A stretch of 64,000 nucleotides of DNA from Candidatus Heimdallarchaeota archaeon (GTDB taxonomy: Archaea > Asgardarchaeota > Heimdallarchaeia > Heimdallarchaeales > Heimdallarchaeaceae): contig DXJF01000032.1 in assembly GCA_019057375.1 (NCBI GenBank), positions 8,560 through 72,559 on the forward strand, written 5' to 3'. Positions 1 to 9,860 of the stretch are shown here, in pieces. The notes under the pieces are model-generated. The model worked only from the letters and a program-made list of their open reading frames with translations, was not told the origin of the DNA and ran no database searches. The position numbers and the translations under genes were made by a program. Position 1 is the first letter of the stretch, and every line of letters begins with the position of its first letter.

Positions 1-159
1 TTTTGTAGCTCGATATACATTTCTCCCACCAACGTTACCTGAACCTATTTTTCTTAAATCTTCTCCAGTCTTAATTTTAGTAATTATCCAACTAAAAGGA
101 ATAGAACCTATTAAGTAAGAACTCAAAAAAACTAGAATATAAACTACAGAGATGTGCAT
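1..159 (-). CDS. plsY: Glycerol-3-phosphate acyltransferase PlsY, 5' part (runs off the window; not in ORF track)
   Basis: Manual translation from ATG at 159: [53 protein letters not shown]. It contains the PlsY N-terminal YLxGSIP and motif 1 DxRxxGSGNxGxxNxxR. Confidence 0.85.
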   Translation of the reverse strand, partial: MHISVVYILVFLSSYLIGSIPFSWIITKIKTGEDLRKIGSGNVGGRNVYRATK

Positions 160-237
160 AGCTTCGAAAACGTAATAGCTAGAATAAAAGATTTATGCGC
201 AAGCAAATTTTTATACATCTTAGCTACTCTTAAACCA

Positions 238-1623
238 ATGAATAACGATATCTCTCCAAATATCTTCCGAGCTTATGATATACGAGGAATTTACAATATG
301 GATATTTCAGCTCCTATAATGTATAAAATAGGTCTAGCCTTTGGAACATATGTTAAAAATACGCTAAAAGGAGAAGAAGTTGTAGTAGGAAATGAAATAA
401 GACAATCCAGTATTCCCTTGGTTTATTCTTTTATTTCAGGAGTAACAGCAACTGGAATTCATGTAGTTTACGTAGGTACAACAGCATTCGGGCAAACTCT
501 TTATGCTGGTTGGTATTTGGAAAAAACAGCAACAGCATACGTAACAGCAAGCCATCTTCCACCTGAATGGAATGGTATAAAATTTTATCATTCAGACGGT
601 GTTGGTTTTTCAGAAGAGGAATTAATGAAGATCAGAGATATAACTATAGATGAAAAATATTCTATGGTGGAATGGGGAGAAATTGGAAGTTCAATTTCCT
701 ATGAAATTCAGGGGAAATATGAGGAGTTTTTCAAACAGAAATTCAGTTTTACAAAAAAAATAAAAGTTGCATTAGATTGTGGTGGGGGTAGTACCACATT
801 ATCAGCCCCAAAAATTTTTTCATCTTTGGGAATTGAGATTACAAAAATCTATTGTGAAACTGATCCTACTTTCTCAGGAAGACCATCTGATCCTAAACCA
901 AAAAATCTAACTGAATTGGTTAAAGCCGTTACAAAGAATGGATGTAATTTTGGAGTAGCATTTGATGGAGATGGAGATAGAGCTGTGATTGTAGATGATT
1001 TGGGAAGAATTCTCTCTGCAGATCAAACAGGAATAATTATTGGTCAGTATGGCTTATCTAAGAAAGAAGGGACGATTATTGCAAACGTAGAATGTTCAAA
1101 ATCAGTTGCTGAACAGCTTGAACCTTTAGGTTATAAAGTTAAACAGATTCCTGTTGGACACACTTTTTTAACAATCGAAGCAAAAAACGAAAAATCTCCC
1201 TTGGGTGTTGAATCTAGTGGCCATATAATTTTGCCTGAATATTTCCTCTTTGATGATGCACTTGTTACACCCCTTAAGATTGCAGAAATACTTAATAGAG
1301 AAAAGATAAGATTGTCAACTTTAGTAGATAAAATCCCAACGTATCCCCTAAGAAAGGAAGAAATTCATTGTGACGATGAAATCAAATTTGCAGCAGTAGA
1401 TTTACTAAAGAAGAAATTACTATCAAAATATGAGGATATTAATACCATGGATGGGGTTAGAATCAACTTGAAAGAAGGTTGGGTTCTAATTAGACCATCT
1501 AACACTTCACCTGTAATTAGAATGACAATTGAAGCAGATAATGAGGAAACGATAGAAGAACTAGCAGTTGAATTTAAAGAAAATCTTATGGAATCAATAA
1601 TTGAGATTCAAACACGAAGGTGA
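238..1623 (+). CDS. Phosphoglucomutase/phosphomannomutase family protein
   Basis: FRAYDIRG, catalytic TASHLP, metal loop FDGDGDR and C-terminal IRPSNTSP. Start moved from 154 to ATG 238 because the longer ORF overlaps divergent plsY. Confidence 0.93.
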   Translation: MNNDISPNIFRAYDIRGIYNMDISAPIMYKIGLAFGTYVKNTLKGEEVVVGNEIRQSSIPLVYSFISGVTATGIHVVYVGTTAFGQTLYAGWYLEKTATAYVTASHLPPEWNGIKFYHSDGVGFSEEELMKIRDITIDEKYSMVEWGEIGSSISYEIQGKYEEFFKQKFSFTKKIKVALDCGGGSTTLSAPKIFSSLGIEITKIYCETDPTFSGRPSDPKPKNLTELVKAVTKNGCNFGVAFDGDGDRAVIVDDLGRILSADQTGIIIGQYGLSKKEGTIIANVECSKSVAEQLEPLGYKVKQIPVGHTFLTIEAKNEKSPLGVESSGHIILPEYFLFDDALVTPLKIAEILNREKIRLSTLVDKIPTYPLRKEEIHCDDEIKFAAVDLLKKKLLSKYEDINTMDGVRINLKEGWVLIRPSNTSPVIRMTIEADNEETIEELAVEFKENLMESIIEIQTRR

Positions 1624-1627
1624 AAGA

Positions 1628-2068
1628 ATGACTCTCCCAGATTTAGAATTCTATTGTCCATATATAGACAATTGTTATGAATGCTGTTTGGAAACAGAAA
1701 TGCCTCTAGGAGAAAGAGACATAACAAGAATTGAAAAATTAGGATTCCAAATTGATGAGTTTCTAGTAGAAAAAGAAGGATTTATGGTTTTAAGAAACAT
1801 AGATAATCGATGTTTCTTTCTAAAAGATAAAAAATGTTCTATCTATGAAGATAGGCCAGTAGGATGTAGATACTATCCTTTGATTTACGACCTTGAAACA
1901 GATGAATTTGTTATAGACGATTTATGTACTCATTTTCATGATTTTAATCCAAGTATCTATCAACCACTTCATGAACCAATAAGATATTTTATTTACATGC
2001 TTTTAAGTGAAAAAGAAATACGACTTGAAAAAACAAGAGAGGAAGAAAGAAAAAGAGAAGAAATTTAA
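1628..2068 (+). CDS. YkgJ family cysteine-cluster (Zn/Fe-chelating) protein
   Basis: CYECC, C-F-F-L, CSIYEDRPVGCRYYP pattern. Confidence 0.85.
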   Translation: MTLPDLEFYCPYIDNCYECCLETEMPLGERDITRIEKLGFQIDEFLVEKEGFMVLRNIDNRCFFLKDKKCSIYEDRPVGCRYYPLIYDLETDEFVIDDLCTHFHDFNPSIYQPLHEPIRYFIYMLLSEKEIRLEKTREEERKREEI

Positions 2069-2070
2069 GA

Positions 2071-3177
2071 TTAATCGTGGAATTTATCCTCCAATTTCTG
2101 AAGCACGTTTGGTAATGTTGTATATTCCATTTCACTCAAAGGAAGACGACCAGGTTCGAAAGGTCCATGCCTACGGATATATTCTGTAATTTCATTGACT
2201 CTTGCTCGCGTAGAATCAAAAGATGGATCATCGAATAAATCTACACCGCCTATGAATATACCGTTTTTCAATTGAAAACCTAGTCCAACAACTCTAGGGG
2301 GGCCATCAAATCGGACACATTGACTATATTCAAGTGAAACAGGCATAAGTGGTCCGCGATGAGAACCTCGCATCCAACCTGAAACCAAATGACCTAAGGT
2401 AAAAGCTTCAACTATCTCCCCTACAGCTGGAAAACCACTTTGGCTTCTAATCACTGCAACAGGATCATCTTTTCCTATATACTTACCAGCTATAAGAGAT
2501 AATTTATCTGTTGAAATAGCAGCTGCTCTTCCAAGATCGGGAGTTTTGCTATCAACGTACTTAACAACATATTTTCCTGGTGCACCAATTAATGCAAGTA
2601 GGTCATACATCTGTTCTGGGCAGCTTAAATCAACAAATTTGTTCTTGTAGACGTCCATAACTGAGAAAGTGAAACCTTCATGCAGTTTTGGATCTATAAT
2701 CAAACCAGCTGTATTGAATGGATTAGCAAACATTTGAAAAATAGGATAATTAAAAGCCCCTGGTTCTGTTTTATCCATCGCAAAAACTAATAGAGGCTCT
2801 GCTGGACGTTCTTCAAATTCAAATTCAGCACATCCAGGACCCATTCCTTTTATGTTTCCTGTGAAAGCATCTTTCAGCAAATCTTGTCCTGCACCATAGA
2901 GTCCTATCTCTCTAGCTTCCTTTCCAAGTGTCATAAAAGTATCCCAAGCAAGCTTGTGTATCGCTTCATTGTCAACTCCCTTATTGTGCGATAAGAGGAG
3001 TTCAGTATCATCACCAGCATTGAACACAACGAAATCAAGAATGACATTTTCATCTTTAGCTTTTTCCATTAGTTCTTCAGCTCTAACCATTAAAGGTTCA
3101 TAAACAGTTACATGACCAGGACTTGATCCTATGTCAGCTTTGAGTAAACTTATAGTAGTTTTGACCAAATAAATCAC
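2071..3177 (-). CDS. fbp: Bifunctional fructose-1,6-bisphosphate aldolase/phosphatase (FBPase class V)
   Basis: KADIG, GHV, GLYGAGQDLLKD, DKTEPGAFN, Schiff-base loop GKYIGKDDP, GWMRGSH, DGPPRV. True start may be TTG at 3168. Confidence 0.96.
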   Translation of the reverse strand: MIYLVKTTISLLKADIGSSPGHVTVYEPLMVRAEELMEKAKDENVILDFVVFNAGDDTELLLSHNKGVDNEAIHKLAWDTFMTLGKEAREIGLYGAGQDLLKDAFTGNIKGMGPGCAEFEFEERPAEPLLVFAMDKTEPGAFNYPIFQMFANPFNTAGLIIDPKLHEGFTFSVMDVYKNKFVDLSCPEQMYDLLALIGAPGKYVVKYVDSKTPDLGRAAAISTDKLSLIAGKYIGKDDPVAVIRSQSGFPAVGEIVEAFTLGHLVSGWMRGSHRGPLMPVSLEYSQCVRFDGPPRVVGLGFQLKNGIFIGGVDLFDDPSFDSTRARVNEITEYIRRHGPFEPGRLPLSEMEYTTLPNVLQKLEDKFHD

Positions 3178-3280
3178 CTAAACAAATAATACGGGTGGCT
3201 AATACATATTATGGATAGTTAGTTAAAAATTTTTCTCAATTTCTTCAACAGAAAATAAAAAGAGAAGAGTTGGAAAGTAT

Positions 3281-4198
3281 TCACAAATCTTCTATTTTAT
3301 GCCATAAATTGATTAAATCTTTAGAACCGCCAACAAAACCAGTTCTTTGATGCAAATAGTGCATTGATGTAAGTTTGTTTACGTCTAAGGGTTTTATATT
3401 CTCATACTTAATTTCGTGTCCATCGGCCGTTATGTAGAATCCTTCGCCATTAACTTTAGACAGAATATAAAGATAGGGGAGGATTTCATAACAGAACCTA
3501 AGTTTAGGTGCAAAATAACCAAAAACACCTGTTTTTTCAAATACATTATTCATGTCTTGGACCATACAGCCACCATATCTGTTCTTTCCTTTAATGTCTA
3601 ATGCGTCAACGAAGAGTTTCTGCTTTGCTGAATGGTCATTATACTTACCTCCAAGCCCGAACACTGGATTTTTACTGGGGCTAATATCCAGAGTATCTCT
3701 TATTACTCGAAAAGACTCTCCATCATGAATAAATTGAATGAACCCTAGATCTGTCGCTAAATCAAATCGCAAGAATAATGTGTAACTTACTGTCAAAGCA
3801 GCAATAGTATGCCCCTTTTGATCAATTACATTAACAATTGCTCCTGGACTTCGTGTCCTAATAATAGAAGAACCATCAATAAAATCACCTAAAATAATAA
3901 AATCACCTGTTCCTTCCATTATACTATTTTCATCTGTTTCTTCACCTAACAAGAGAGAGTAAAGATTATTGGGAATTCTTTGCATAAATAGTTCCTGTGT
4001 GGCAATATCTAGGCTTAACTGATCATCTCCAGACACGTTAATAACACCGGAATAATCATATTCTCCTAGAAGAAATGTTAGAATCTGTTTTGGTACATCC
4101 AAACTTATATTGATAATCTCTCTCAGTATTTCTCTTAGAGATTCAGGTTGAATTTCCTCAAGATATGCTTCAAGTGTATGATATTTTATTATAGACAT
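3281..4198 (-). CDS. Class I fructose-1,6-bisphosphatase-like protein (divergent)
   Basis: NVSGDDQLSLD, GEE, DFIDGSS, RYGGCMVQD, KLRFCYEILP correspond to class I FBPase motifs. Confidence 0.8.
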   Translation of the reverse strand: MSIIKYHTLEAYLEEIQPESLREILREIINISLDVPKQILTFLLGEYDYSGVINVSGDDQLSLDIATQELFMQRIPNNLYSLLLGEETDENSIMEGTGDFIILGDFIDGSSIIRTRSPGAIVNVIDQKGHTIAALTVSYTLFLRFDLATDLGFIQFIHDGESFRVIRDTLDISPSKNPVFGLGGKYNDHSAKQKLFVDALDIKGKNRYGGCMVQDMNNVFEKTGVFGYFAPKLRFCYEILPYLYILSKVNGEGFYITADGHEIKYENIKPLDVNKLTSMHYLHQRTGFVGGSKDLINLWHKIEDL

Positions 4199-4209
4199 TT
4201 TTTCAAATC

Positions 4210-5382
4210 CTAATATGTATTTGTTAGAAAGTTATCTAACATATATTTAAGACAAAGAGATGCGGTATCTTCCATTTTCAAGGCTTTGATAAAATCATTC
4301 ATATCTGATTCAGCTTTCACAATTATTGCTTGTTTGGCGTCCTCACTAATATTTTCAACCTCTTCAAAGAATTCTTTCCAAGCATATTTAGAATTCTTTG
4401 CGAATGTTTTATGTTCGTCTACATCAGGTTGCCCATATTTATCTAGCACCCATGTACGTATTTTTGTAAATAATTCAGGTTCATGTTTTTCGAGAATATC
4501 TTGTACTAGTCTTTGCCAAAAAGTACCTATGTTCCCTTTTGCTATACTTCCATGTGGAAAAGTTGATGCTATTACCTCAACTGGAGTTCCTGTGATTCCA
4601 TGTTGTGCAATTCTTGTTCTTATTCCCGATTTCTTGAATTCATCTACTATCTCAACTGTTCTTTGAACATTAATGCCTAGTTGTGGAACGACTTTGCCTT
4701 CAGCGTCTACACTTACACCATGTGTGGATCCATTCGCTATTGCTAGATAATCTATTATGATATCATTGTTAATTAAGGAGGAAACATAGTGGACTGCTTC
4801 TTCAACAGTTGTAAACTCTGTAATGCCGATTTCCCCTACTTCTCCTTCAATGCCATATGGTTTTTCAGCCATCGTTTCTTTGAGAAACTCAAACAAAACA
4901 AGACCTTTCGATAAAATATCACTTAATTGACCTTTTACAGTTTCTTCTTCTCCATTAAAGAGAAAAGAAGTATCAATAGCGTAACCAGTAAATCCTGCTT
5001 CAACTCGAGCTCTGATTTCTTTCATTAAATTAGACATTTCATCATCAGTACCTTTCTTTAAGGTCAAATGATCAGCATGTAATGAGTAGGCAAACCATTT
5101 CTCTTTTTCTGCTGCAGATTTACATCGTTGAGCAAATTTCTCTGGAGTATAACCAGTGTATCCTCCACTGAGTGACATTTCACTTAAAGCTAGTTCAAAT
5201 ATCACAACAGATTTTGATTGCTTTGCAGCTCTTAATATTCCACTGATAACTTCCTCAGTAGCACGAGGATTTATTGCGGCAATAATAGTTTCTACTCCCT
5301 CAACGCCCTTAGCTATATAGTTCAACGGCAAGGGATTCCGAGGTGTTTCAAAATAAGCGATAACTTCACTTTCAGGATTCAT
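4210..5382 (-). CDS. Class II (metal-dependent) fructose-bisphosphate aldolase family protein
   Basis: HADH, AIDTS, EGEVGEIG, AIANGSTHG, AQHGITG, KGNIGT. Confidence 0.88.
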   Translation of the reverse strand: MNPESEVIAYFETPRNPLPLNYIAKGVEGVETIIAAINPRATEEVISGILRAAKQSKSVVIFELALSEMSLSGGYTGYTPEKFAQRCKSAAEKEKWFAYSLHADHLTLKKGTDDEMSNLMKEIRARVEAGFTGYAIDTSFLFNGEEETVKGQLSDILSKGLVLFEFLKETMAEKPYGIEGEVGEIGITEFTTVEEAVHYVSSLINNDIIIDYLAIANGSTHGVSVDAEGKVVPQLGINVQRTVEIVDEFKKSGIRTRIAQHGITGTPVEVIASTFPHGSIAKGNIGTFWQRLVQDILEKHEPELFTKIRTWVLDKYGQPDVDEHKTFAKNSKYAWKEFFEEVENISEDAKQAIIVKAESDMNDFIKALKMEDTASLCLKYMLDNFLTNTY

Positions 5383-5515
5383 CTAACTACCCGTGGGACA
5401 ATTAAATAAAGGGTATTAAGAATTTATTTGTGTATCAATAGCGGGAAATTATACATATTCAAAACATATAGTAGAATTTTATAAGCAGCTATTACATTAT
5501 ATTTAATAGAATCAA

Positions 5516-7306
5516 ATGTCTCTGGGGAAAATTTGCAAGATTATGTTGTTGCTGACTATATTACTTGGAATAGGTTTTCATAGACCTTCAGCTGCAATTT
5601 TCGGAGAAAGTTCTAATGTTCAAGCAAATGATTTCACTAAGACAACAAAACCTCAAATATTTTTGATTCAAAGTGATCCAATTCATATCACCAATGATAA
5701 TAACTTCTCAGTTTTCCCAGGAAGTGGGACAAAAACAGACCCCTATAGATTAGAGAACTACAACATATCATCTGAAGTTCAAAATTTCGGAATAAACATC
5801 AGCGATACAACTAAGTATTTTGTTATTCAGAATTGCTTCATTAAAGTTAAACAAGTAGGGATGTGGATATCATGGATTGCACATGGTACAGCAGAAATAA
5901 GAAATAATACTTGTATTGAACATGACACCTATGGTATAGACCTCTGGGGTGCGCCGGGAACGTTAATAGATAATAATACTCTTACTTCAAATAGTTTAAA
6001 CGGGATAAGCTGTATAGACTCAGACGATGTAATTGTTTCGAATAATATACTTTCTCTAAACAAAAAAAATGGTGTTTCTATCCGATTTAGTGATGATATT
6101 ATTATCTCCAATAATCTTTGTGAACAAAACCAAGTTGGAATAGAGGTGTATTTTAGCCGTAATTCAATCGTAGAACAAAATTATTGTTTTGATAACAAAG
6201 AATCAGGAATTTATCTTTGGGAGATTAATACGGGTGACTTTCAACGAAATAAACTTTATGGAAATTTAGGTCCAGCCTTTCACTTCAAGGATTCAGAAGT
6301 TGTTCATCTCAAAGAAAATGAAGTAGTAAACAACACGATAGGATTCTACTTAGTTGAATCACATTATTTTGAAATCTATAATAACAGTATCTTAAGCAAT
6401 AGAAATAAAGGAATCTACTTATTGAACTCAATTGAATGTAAGATAACCTACAATTTTATAGAATTGAACACGGGATATGGTATAACGCTAAATTACTCTT
6501 CAAGTAATTTGATTCATCACAATAATTTTATTCAAAATAATCTTGGGGGATTAAGTCAAGCATACTCAATAAATGGGATAAATAATTTCTGGTATGAGGA
6601 TGAAATGGAAGAAGGTAATTTCTGGAATGAGTGGTTGGGATCTGGTGATTATTCTATTGAGGGGTTCTGGGGAGAATTTGATTTGTACCCTCTAGAAGAG
6701 CCTGTAAAAATACCACGAATTGAAATAGAAGAACAAAATTGGTATTTTTATATAATAATTATTATACTTCCATTAGGAGTTCTGATCTATATTATTTCAT
6801 TTTTCAGTAAAAAACGGAGAGTTGGGTTCGCTCATTACACAAAGGAAACATCAGACTATATCTATTTTAAAAGAAAAATTGCTTACAGCAAAGAAGTTGG
6901 GGTCGGATTATTTCGATTTGGAATGAAAGGAGGAGAAGTTGTCAAAGCAGATTTGGAATCCTTTGACATAAACTTGGATGAATTCATAGGTTTTTGCTAT
7001 GTTACAGTTGGTCAAGGTCATAGATATGAAACTGGTGTTTATGGGCCGCTTCCAGCACCTTCTATCATCAGTCACAGTATGATAATTTTTACATTCTGGG
7101 GTAAAGATGATGTGCAATCAGATCCACGATTTGAAGGAAAACAGTACTATCTAGTATCTGTGATTTTTCCAGAAAATAAAACAGAACACCTGATAAAAAA
7201 TGATGTCATGAATAAGAGGTTTCGTACCTACATCAAGAAATTCAAGTATCCAAATAGGTTGTCATCAGAGGAACTGAATTTCTTCAAAGAGATAGTGTTT
7301 ATCTGA
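5516..7306 (+). CDS. Secreted right-handed beta-helix (NosD/CASH-like) protein with one TM helix and a cytoplasmic C-terminal domain
   Basis: Signal peptide; repeated 22-residue xxNNxxxxNxxGIxL units; NNFxxN...N.W...GNFW cap; TM WYFYIIIIILPLGVLIYII; about 160 aa cytoplasmic alpha/beta domain. Confidence 0.8.
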   Translation: MSLGKICKIMLLLTILLGIGFHRPSAAIFGESSNVQANDFTKTTKPQIFLIQSDPIHITNDNNFSVFPGSGTKTDPYRLENYNISSEVQNFGINISDTTKYFVIQNCFIKVKQVGMWISWIAHGTAEIRNNTCIEHDTYGIDLWGAPGTLIDNNTLTSNSLNGISCIDSDDVIVSNNILSLNKKNGVSIRFSDDIIISNNLCEQNQVGIEVYFSRNSIVEQNYCFDNKESGIYLWEINTGDFQRNKLYGNLGPAFHFKDSEVVHLKENEVVNNTIGFYLVESHYFEIYNNSILSNRNKGIYLLNSIECKITYNFIELNTGYGITLNYSSSNLIHHNNFIQNNLGGLSQAYSINGINNFWYEDEMEEGNFWNEWLGSGDYSIEGFWGEFDLYPLEEPVKIPRIEIEEQNWYFYIIIIILPLGVLIYIISFFSKKRRVGFAHYTKETSDYIYFKRKIAYSKEVGVGLFRFGMKGGEVVKADLESFDINLDEFIGFCYVTVGQGHRYETGVYGPLPAPSIISHSMIIFTFWGKDDVQSDPRFEGKQYYLVSVIFPENKTEHLIKNDVMNKRFRTYIKKFKYPNRLSSEELNFFKEIVFI

Positions 7307-7446
7307 CTAACAGAACCTATGAGTCGGGAAATTGTTTTATGTAGACTTGCAAAAAAACGAGGTTTAAAGCATTTTTGAAAATCCACATACTTTTTATTTT
7401 AGAACATTTTTGTTGTCTTAGGTTAAATTTCAAAGCAAGTGATTTT

Positions 7447-8448
7447 ATGAAATATAGAAAAGTTGGAAAATCAGGATTAAAAGTTAGTGAAATTTCCTTA
7501 GGTTCATGGTTAACATATGGTGGATCAGTAGAAAATGAAGTAGCAAAAAAATGTATGACTGCAGCAATTGAAAATGGCATCAATTTTATTGATTCAGCTG
7601 AAATTTATGCAAAGGGAGGCGCAGAAATGATAATAGCTGATTTCCTCGCTGAAGAAACTTTCAATAGAAAAGATCTAGTCATTTCTAGTAAAGTTTTCTG
7701 GGCAATGAACGATTATGATGTTAATGATTGGGGATTAAGTCGAAAGAATATCATGAATGCAATTGAAGGTACTCTTGATAGATTGAATATGGATTACATA
7801 GACATTTACTTCATGCACAGATATGATTACATGACACCTCTAAGAGAAACTGTAGAAATTCTAGATGACTTGATAAGAGAAGGTAAAGTTAGATACTGGG
7901 GAACTTCAGTATGGACAGCTGCACAATTAGAAAGAGCAAACGCAATTGCTAAAGATATTAGAGCACATAAACCTGTTGTTGAACAGCCTTTATACAATAT
8001 GTTGGTAAGACACATAGAAATGGAAATCATGTCTGTAGCTAAAACTCATGGAATGGGATTCACAGTTTGGTCTCCTCTAGCTCAAGGTCTATTAACTGGG
8101 AAATATAATGAGGGTATTCCAGAAGGTAGCAGAGCTGATAAATCAGAATTTCTGAAGAAAAATCTTACTGAAGAGACAATTGAAAAAGTGAAAAAACTTG
8201 GTGAAATTGCTTCATCGATTGATATATCCATTGGTCAATTAGCTCTTGCCTGGATTCTACGAAGACCAGAAATCTCTTCTGCTATAATTGGTGCTACTAA
8301 ACCAGAACATATAATTGAAAATGTGAAAGCTTCAGATGTAGAACTATCTAAGGATACACTTGCTCAGATAGAAGAAATATTGGATAATGAACCTGAATGG
8401 CCTTTAACATATAAACCAAACTATTACTATAAAGATAAAATGAGATAA
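7447..8448 (+). CDS. Aldo/keto reductase (Kv-beta/YghZ-like)
   Basis: GKSGLKVSEISLGSW, DSAEIY, catalytic K in SSKVFW, YFMHR, WSPLAQGLLTGKY. Start refined to ATG 7447. Confidence 0.93.
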   Translation: MKYRKVGKSGLKVSEISLGSWLTYGGSVENEVAKKCMTAAIENGINFIDSAEIYAKGGAEMIIADFLAEETFNRKDLVISSKVFWAMNDYDVNDWGLSRKNIMNAIEGTLDRLNMDYIDIYFMHRYDYMTPLRETVEILDDLIREGKVRYWGTSVWTAAQLERANAIAKDIRAHKPVVEQPLYNMLVRHIEMEIMSVAKTHGMGFTVWSPLAQGLLTGKYNEGIPEGSRADKSEFLKKNLTEETIEKVKKLGEIASSIDISIGQLALAWILRRPEISSAIIGATKPEHIIENVKASDVELSKDTLAQIEEILDNEPEWPLTYKPNYYYKDKMR

Positions 8449-8511
8449 CTAATCTCTTCTTTTTTTCTCAAAACTCTTTTATAATCTCCTTAATCTAAAG
8501 ATTCATTGTAG

Positions 8512-9387
8512 GTGAATAGAATGGCTCTTTTATTTGGGAATAGACCTTTTGAATTTTCTGACTTCTTCTCTTTATTTCAAGATGGACAATTTGATATGTC
8601 TAAACTTAACTATGTCCAAATTGTGGAAAAAAATATTGATTCTGGTTTCAAACATATTGAAATAACTGGAGATCTTATTTATGTCCTACCAGGAATCTTA
8701 TCCCCTGAAACAATTTCTCGGTTAATAGAGCTAAAACAAGAGAAAAACATTTCCTATTCAGTTCATTTACCCTTGTGGGGAATAGAACCAGCAGCATTTT
8801 CTCCTCATATTAGAAAGGCATCAGTTGATAGTTTTGTAGATGTTATTGAGATAACAAAAGCTTTAGAGCCTCTATGCTGGGTTTTACATCCTACAGGAGC
8901 TTTAACAGTTGAATTCATGAACATGGGTCTTCCAGAATTTGCCAAAGGAATTATGATGCATCAGTTCACTTCTTATGCTGCAAATACTATAAAAGAAACC
9001 CTAGAACGGACAAATATTCCTTCAAGAAAACTTGCAGTGGAAAACATAGAATATCCATTTGAGCTCATGTATCCAATCATTCAGCAGATGGATTTGAGTA
9101 TCTGTTTTGATACAGGTCATTTATTAGCTGGTTTTTCAGGTCAAATTTCCGTTATGGAATTCATTGACAAATATTACGATAGAATAATTGAACTTCATTT
9201 ACATGATGGAAAGTTCCCCAGAATTGATCATAAACCCCTTGGAGAATATGATCTTCCTGTAAGAGAATTACTGCTGAAACTTCTTGAAAAGAACTTTGCT
9301 GGACCACTAGTATATGAACTTAATTTACAAGAAGCCATTCAGTCAATGGACTACATTAAAAACAATATTCCTGAAGTACTGGGTTAG
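8512..9387 (+). CDS. Xylose isomerase/AP-endonuclease-2 TIM barrel, CbiR-like phosphodiesterase
   Basis: SVHLP, VLHP, AVENIE, CFDTGH, ELHLHD, DH, YE metal ligands. Confidence 0.7.
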   Translation: MNRMALLFGNRPFEFSDFFSLFQDGQFDMSKLNYVQIVEKNIDSGFKHIEITGDLIYVLPGILSPETISRLIELKQEKNISYSVHLPLWGIEPAAFSPHIRKASVDSFVDVIEITKALEPLCWVLHPTGALTVEFMNMGLPEFAKGIMMHQFTSYAANTIKETLERTNIPSRKLAVENIEYPFELMYPIIQQMDLSICFDTGHLLAGFSGQISVMEFIDKYYDRIIELHLHDGKFPRIDHKPLGEYDLPVRELLLKLLEKNFAGPLVYELNLQEAIQSMDYIKNNIPEVLG

Positions 9388-9445
9388 TTTAATCTAAATT
9401 CTAACAAATGTAAAAACTTATTTGGTTCAGATATCATGGATAATT

Positions 9446-9856
9446 ATGGCACTTGTTATTTCCACAGAACTAAACGTTGGTTATGATAAATTCAGTGAAG
9501 TAGAAAAAGCTACTAGAGACATTTTAGTTGAATATGGATTTGGAATTCTAACAGAAATTGATGCTCAAGAAACTTTAAAGAAAAAAATTGATGCGGACAT
9601 TCGTCCATATAAGATCTTAGGAGCTTGTAATCCTCCTTTTGCTCATAAAGCAATAGTATTAGTACCTGAAATTGGTGCCCTACTTCCTTGTAATGTCATA
9701 ATATATGAAAACGAAAAAGGAAAAATCGTTGTCTCCGCATTGAATCCGAAGGAAGCCATGAGTGTGGTTAAAGTAGATAAACTCAATGAACTTGCAGATG
9801 AAGTTAACGAAATCATGAAAAAAGTAATAAAAGAGATTGAAAGTAAGTTCTCTTAA
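9446..9856 (+). CDS. DUF302 family protein
   Basis: GFGILTEID, YKILGACNP, IGALLPCNVIIYE. Confidence 0.9.
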   Translation: MALVISTELNVGYDKFSEVEKATRDILVEYGFGILTEIDAQETLKKKIDADIRPYKILGACNPPFAHKAIVLVPEIGALLPCNVIIYENEKGKIVVSALNPKEAMSVVKVDKLNELADEVNEIMKKVIKEIESKFS

Positions 9857-9860
9857 ACGT

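Noticed and set aside
154-237. N-terminal extension of the phosphomannomutase ORF
   Set aside because: It overlaps the divergent plsY start and contains a TATA-like TTTTTATA. Family similarity starts after Met 238.
4286-4666. 126-aa plus-strand ORF, and similar antisense or nested ORFs (3416, 7317, 10508, 19765, 32851, 36470, 39305, 44598, 49968, 52949, 55902 and others)
   Set aside because: They are shadows of well-supported genes on the opposite strand or another frame, with no motifs of their own.
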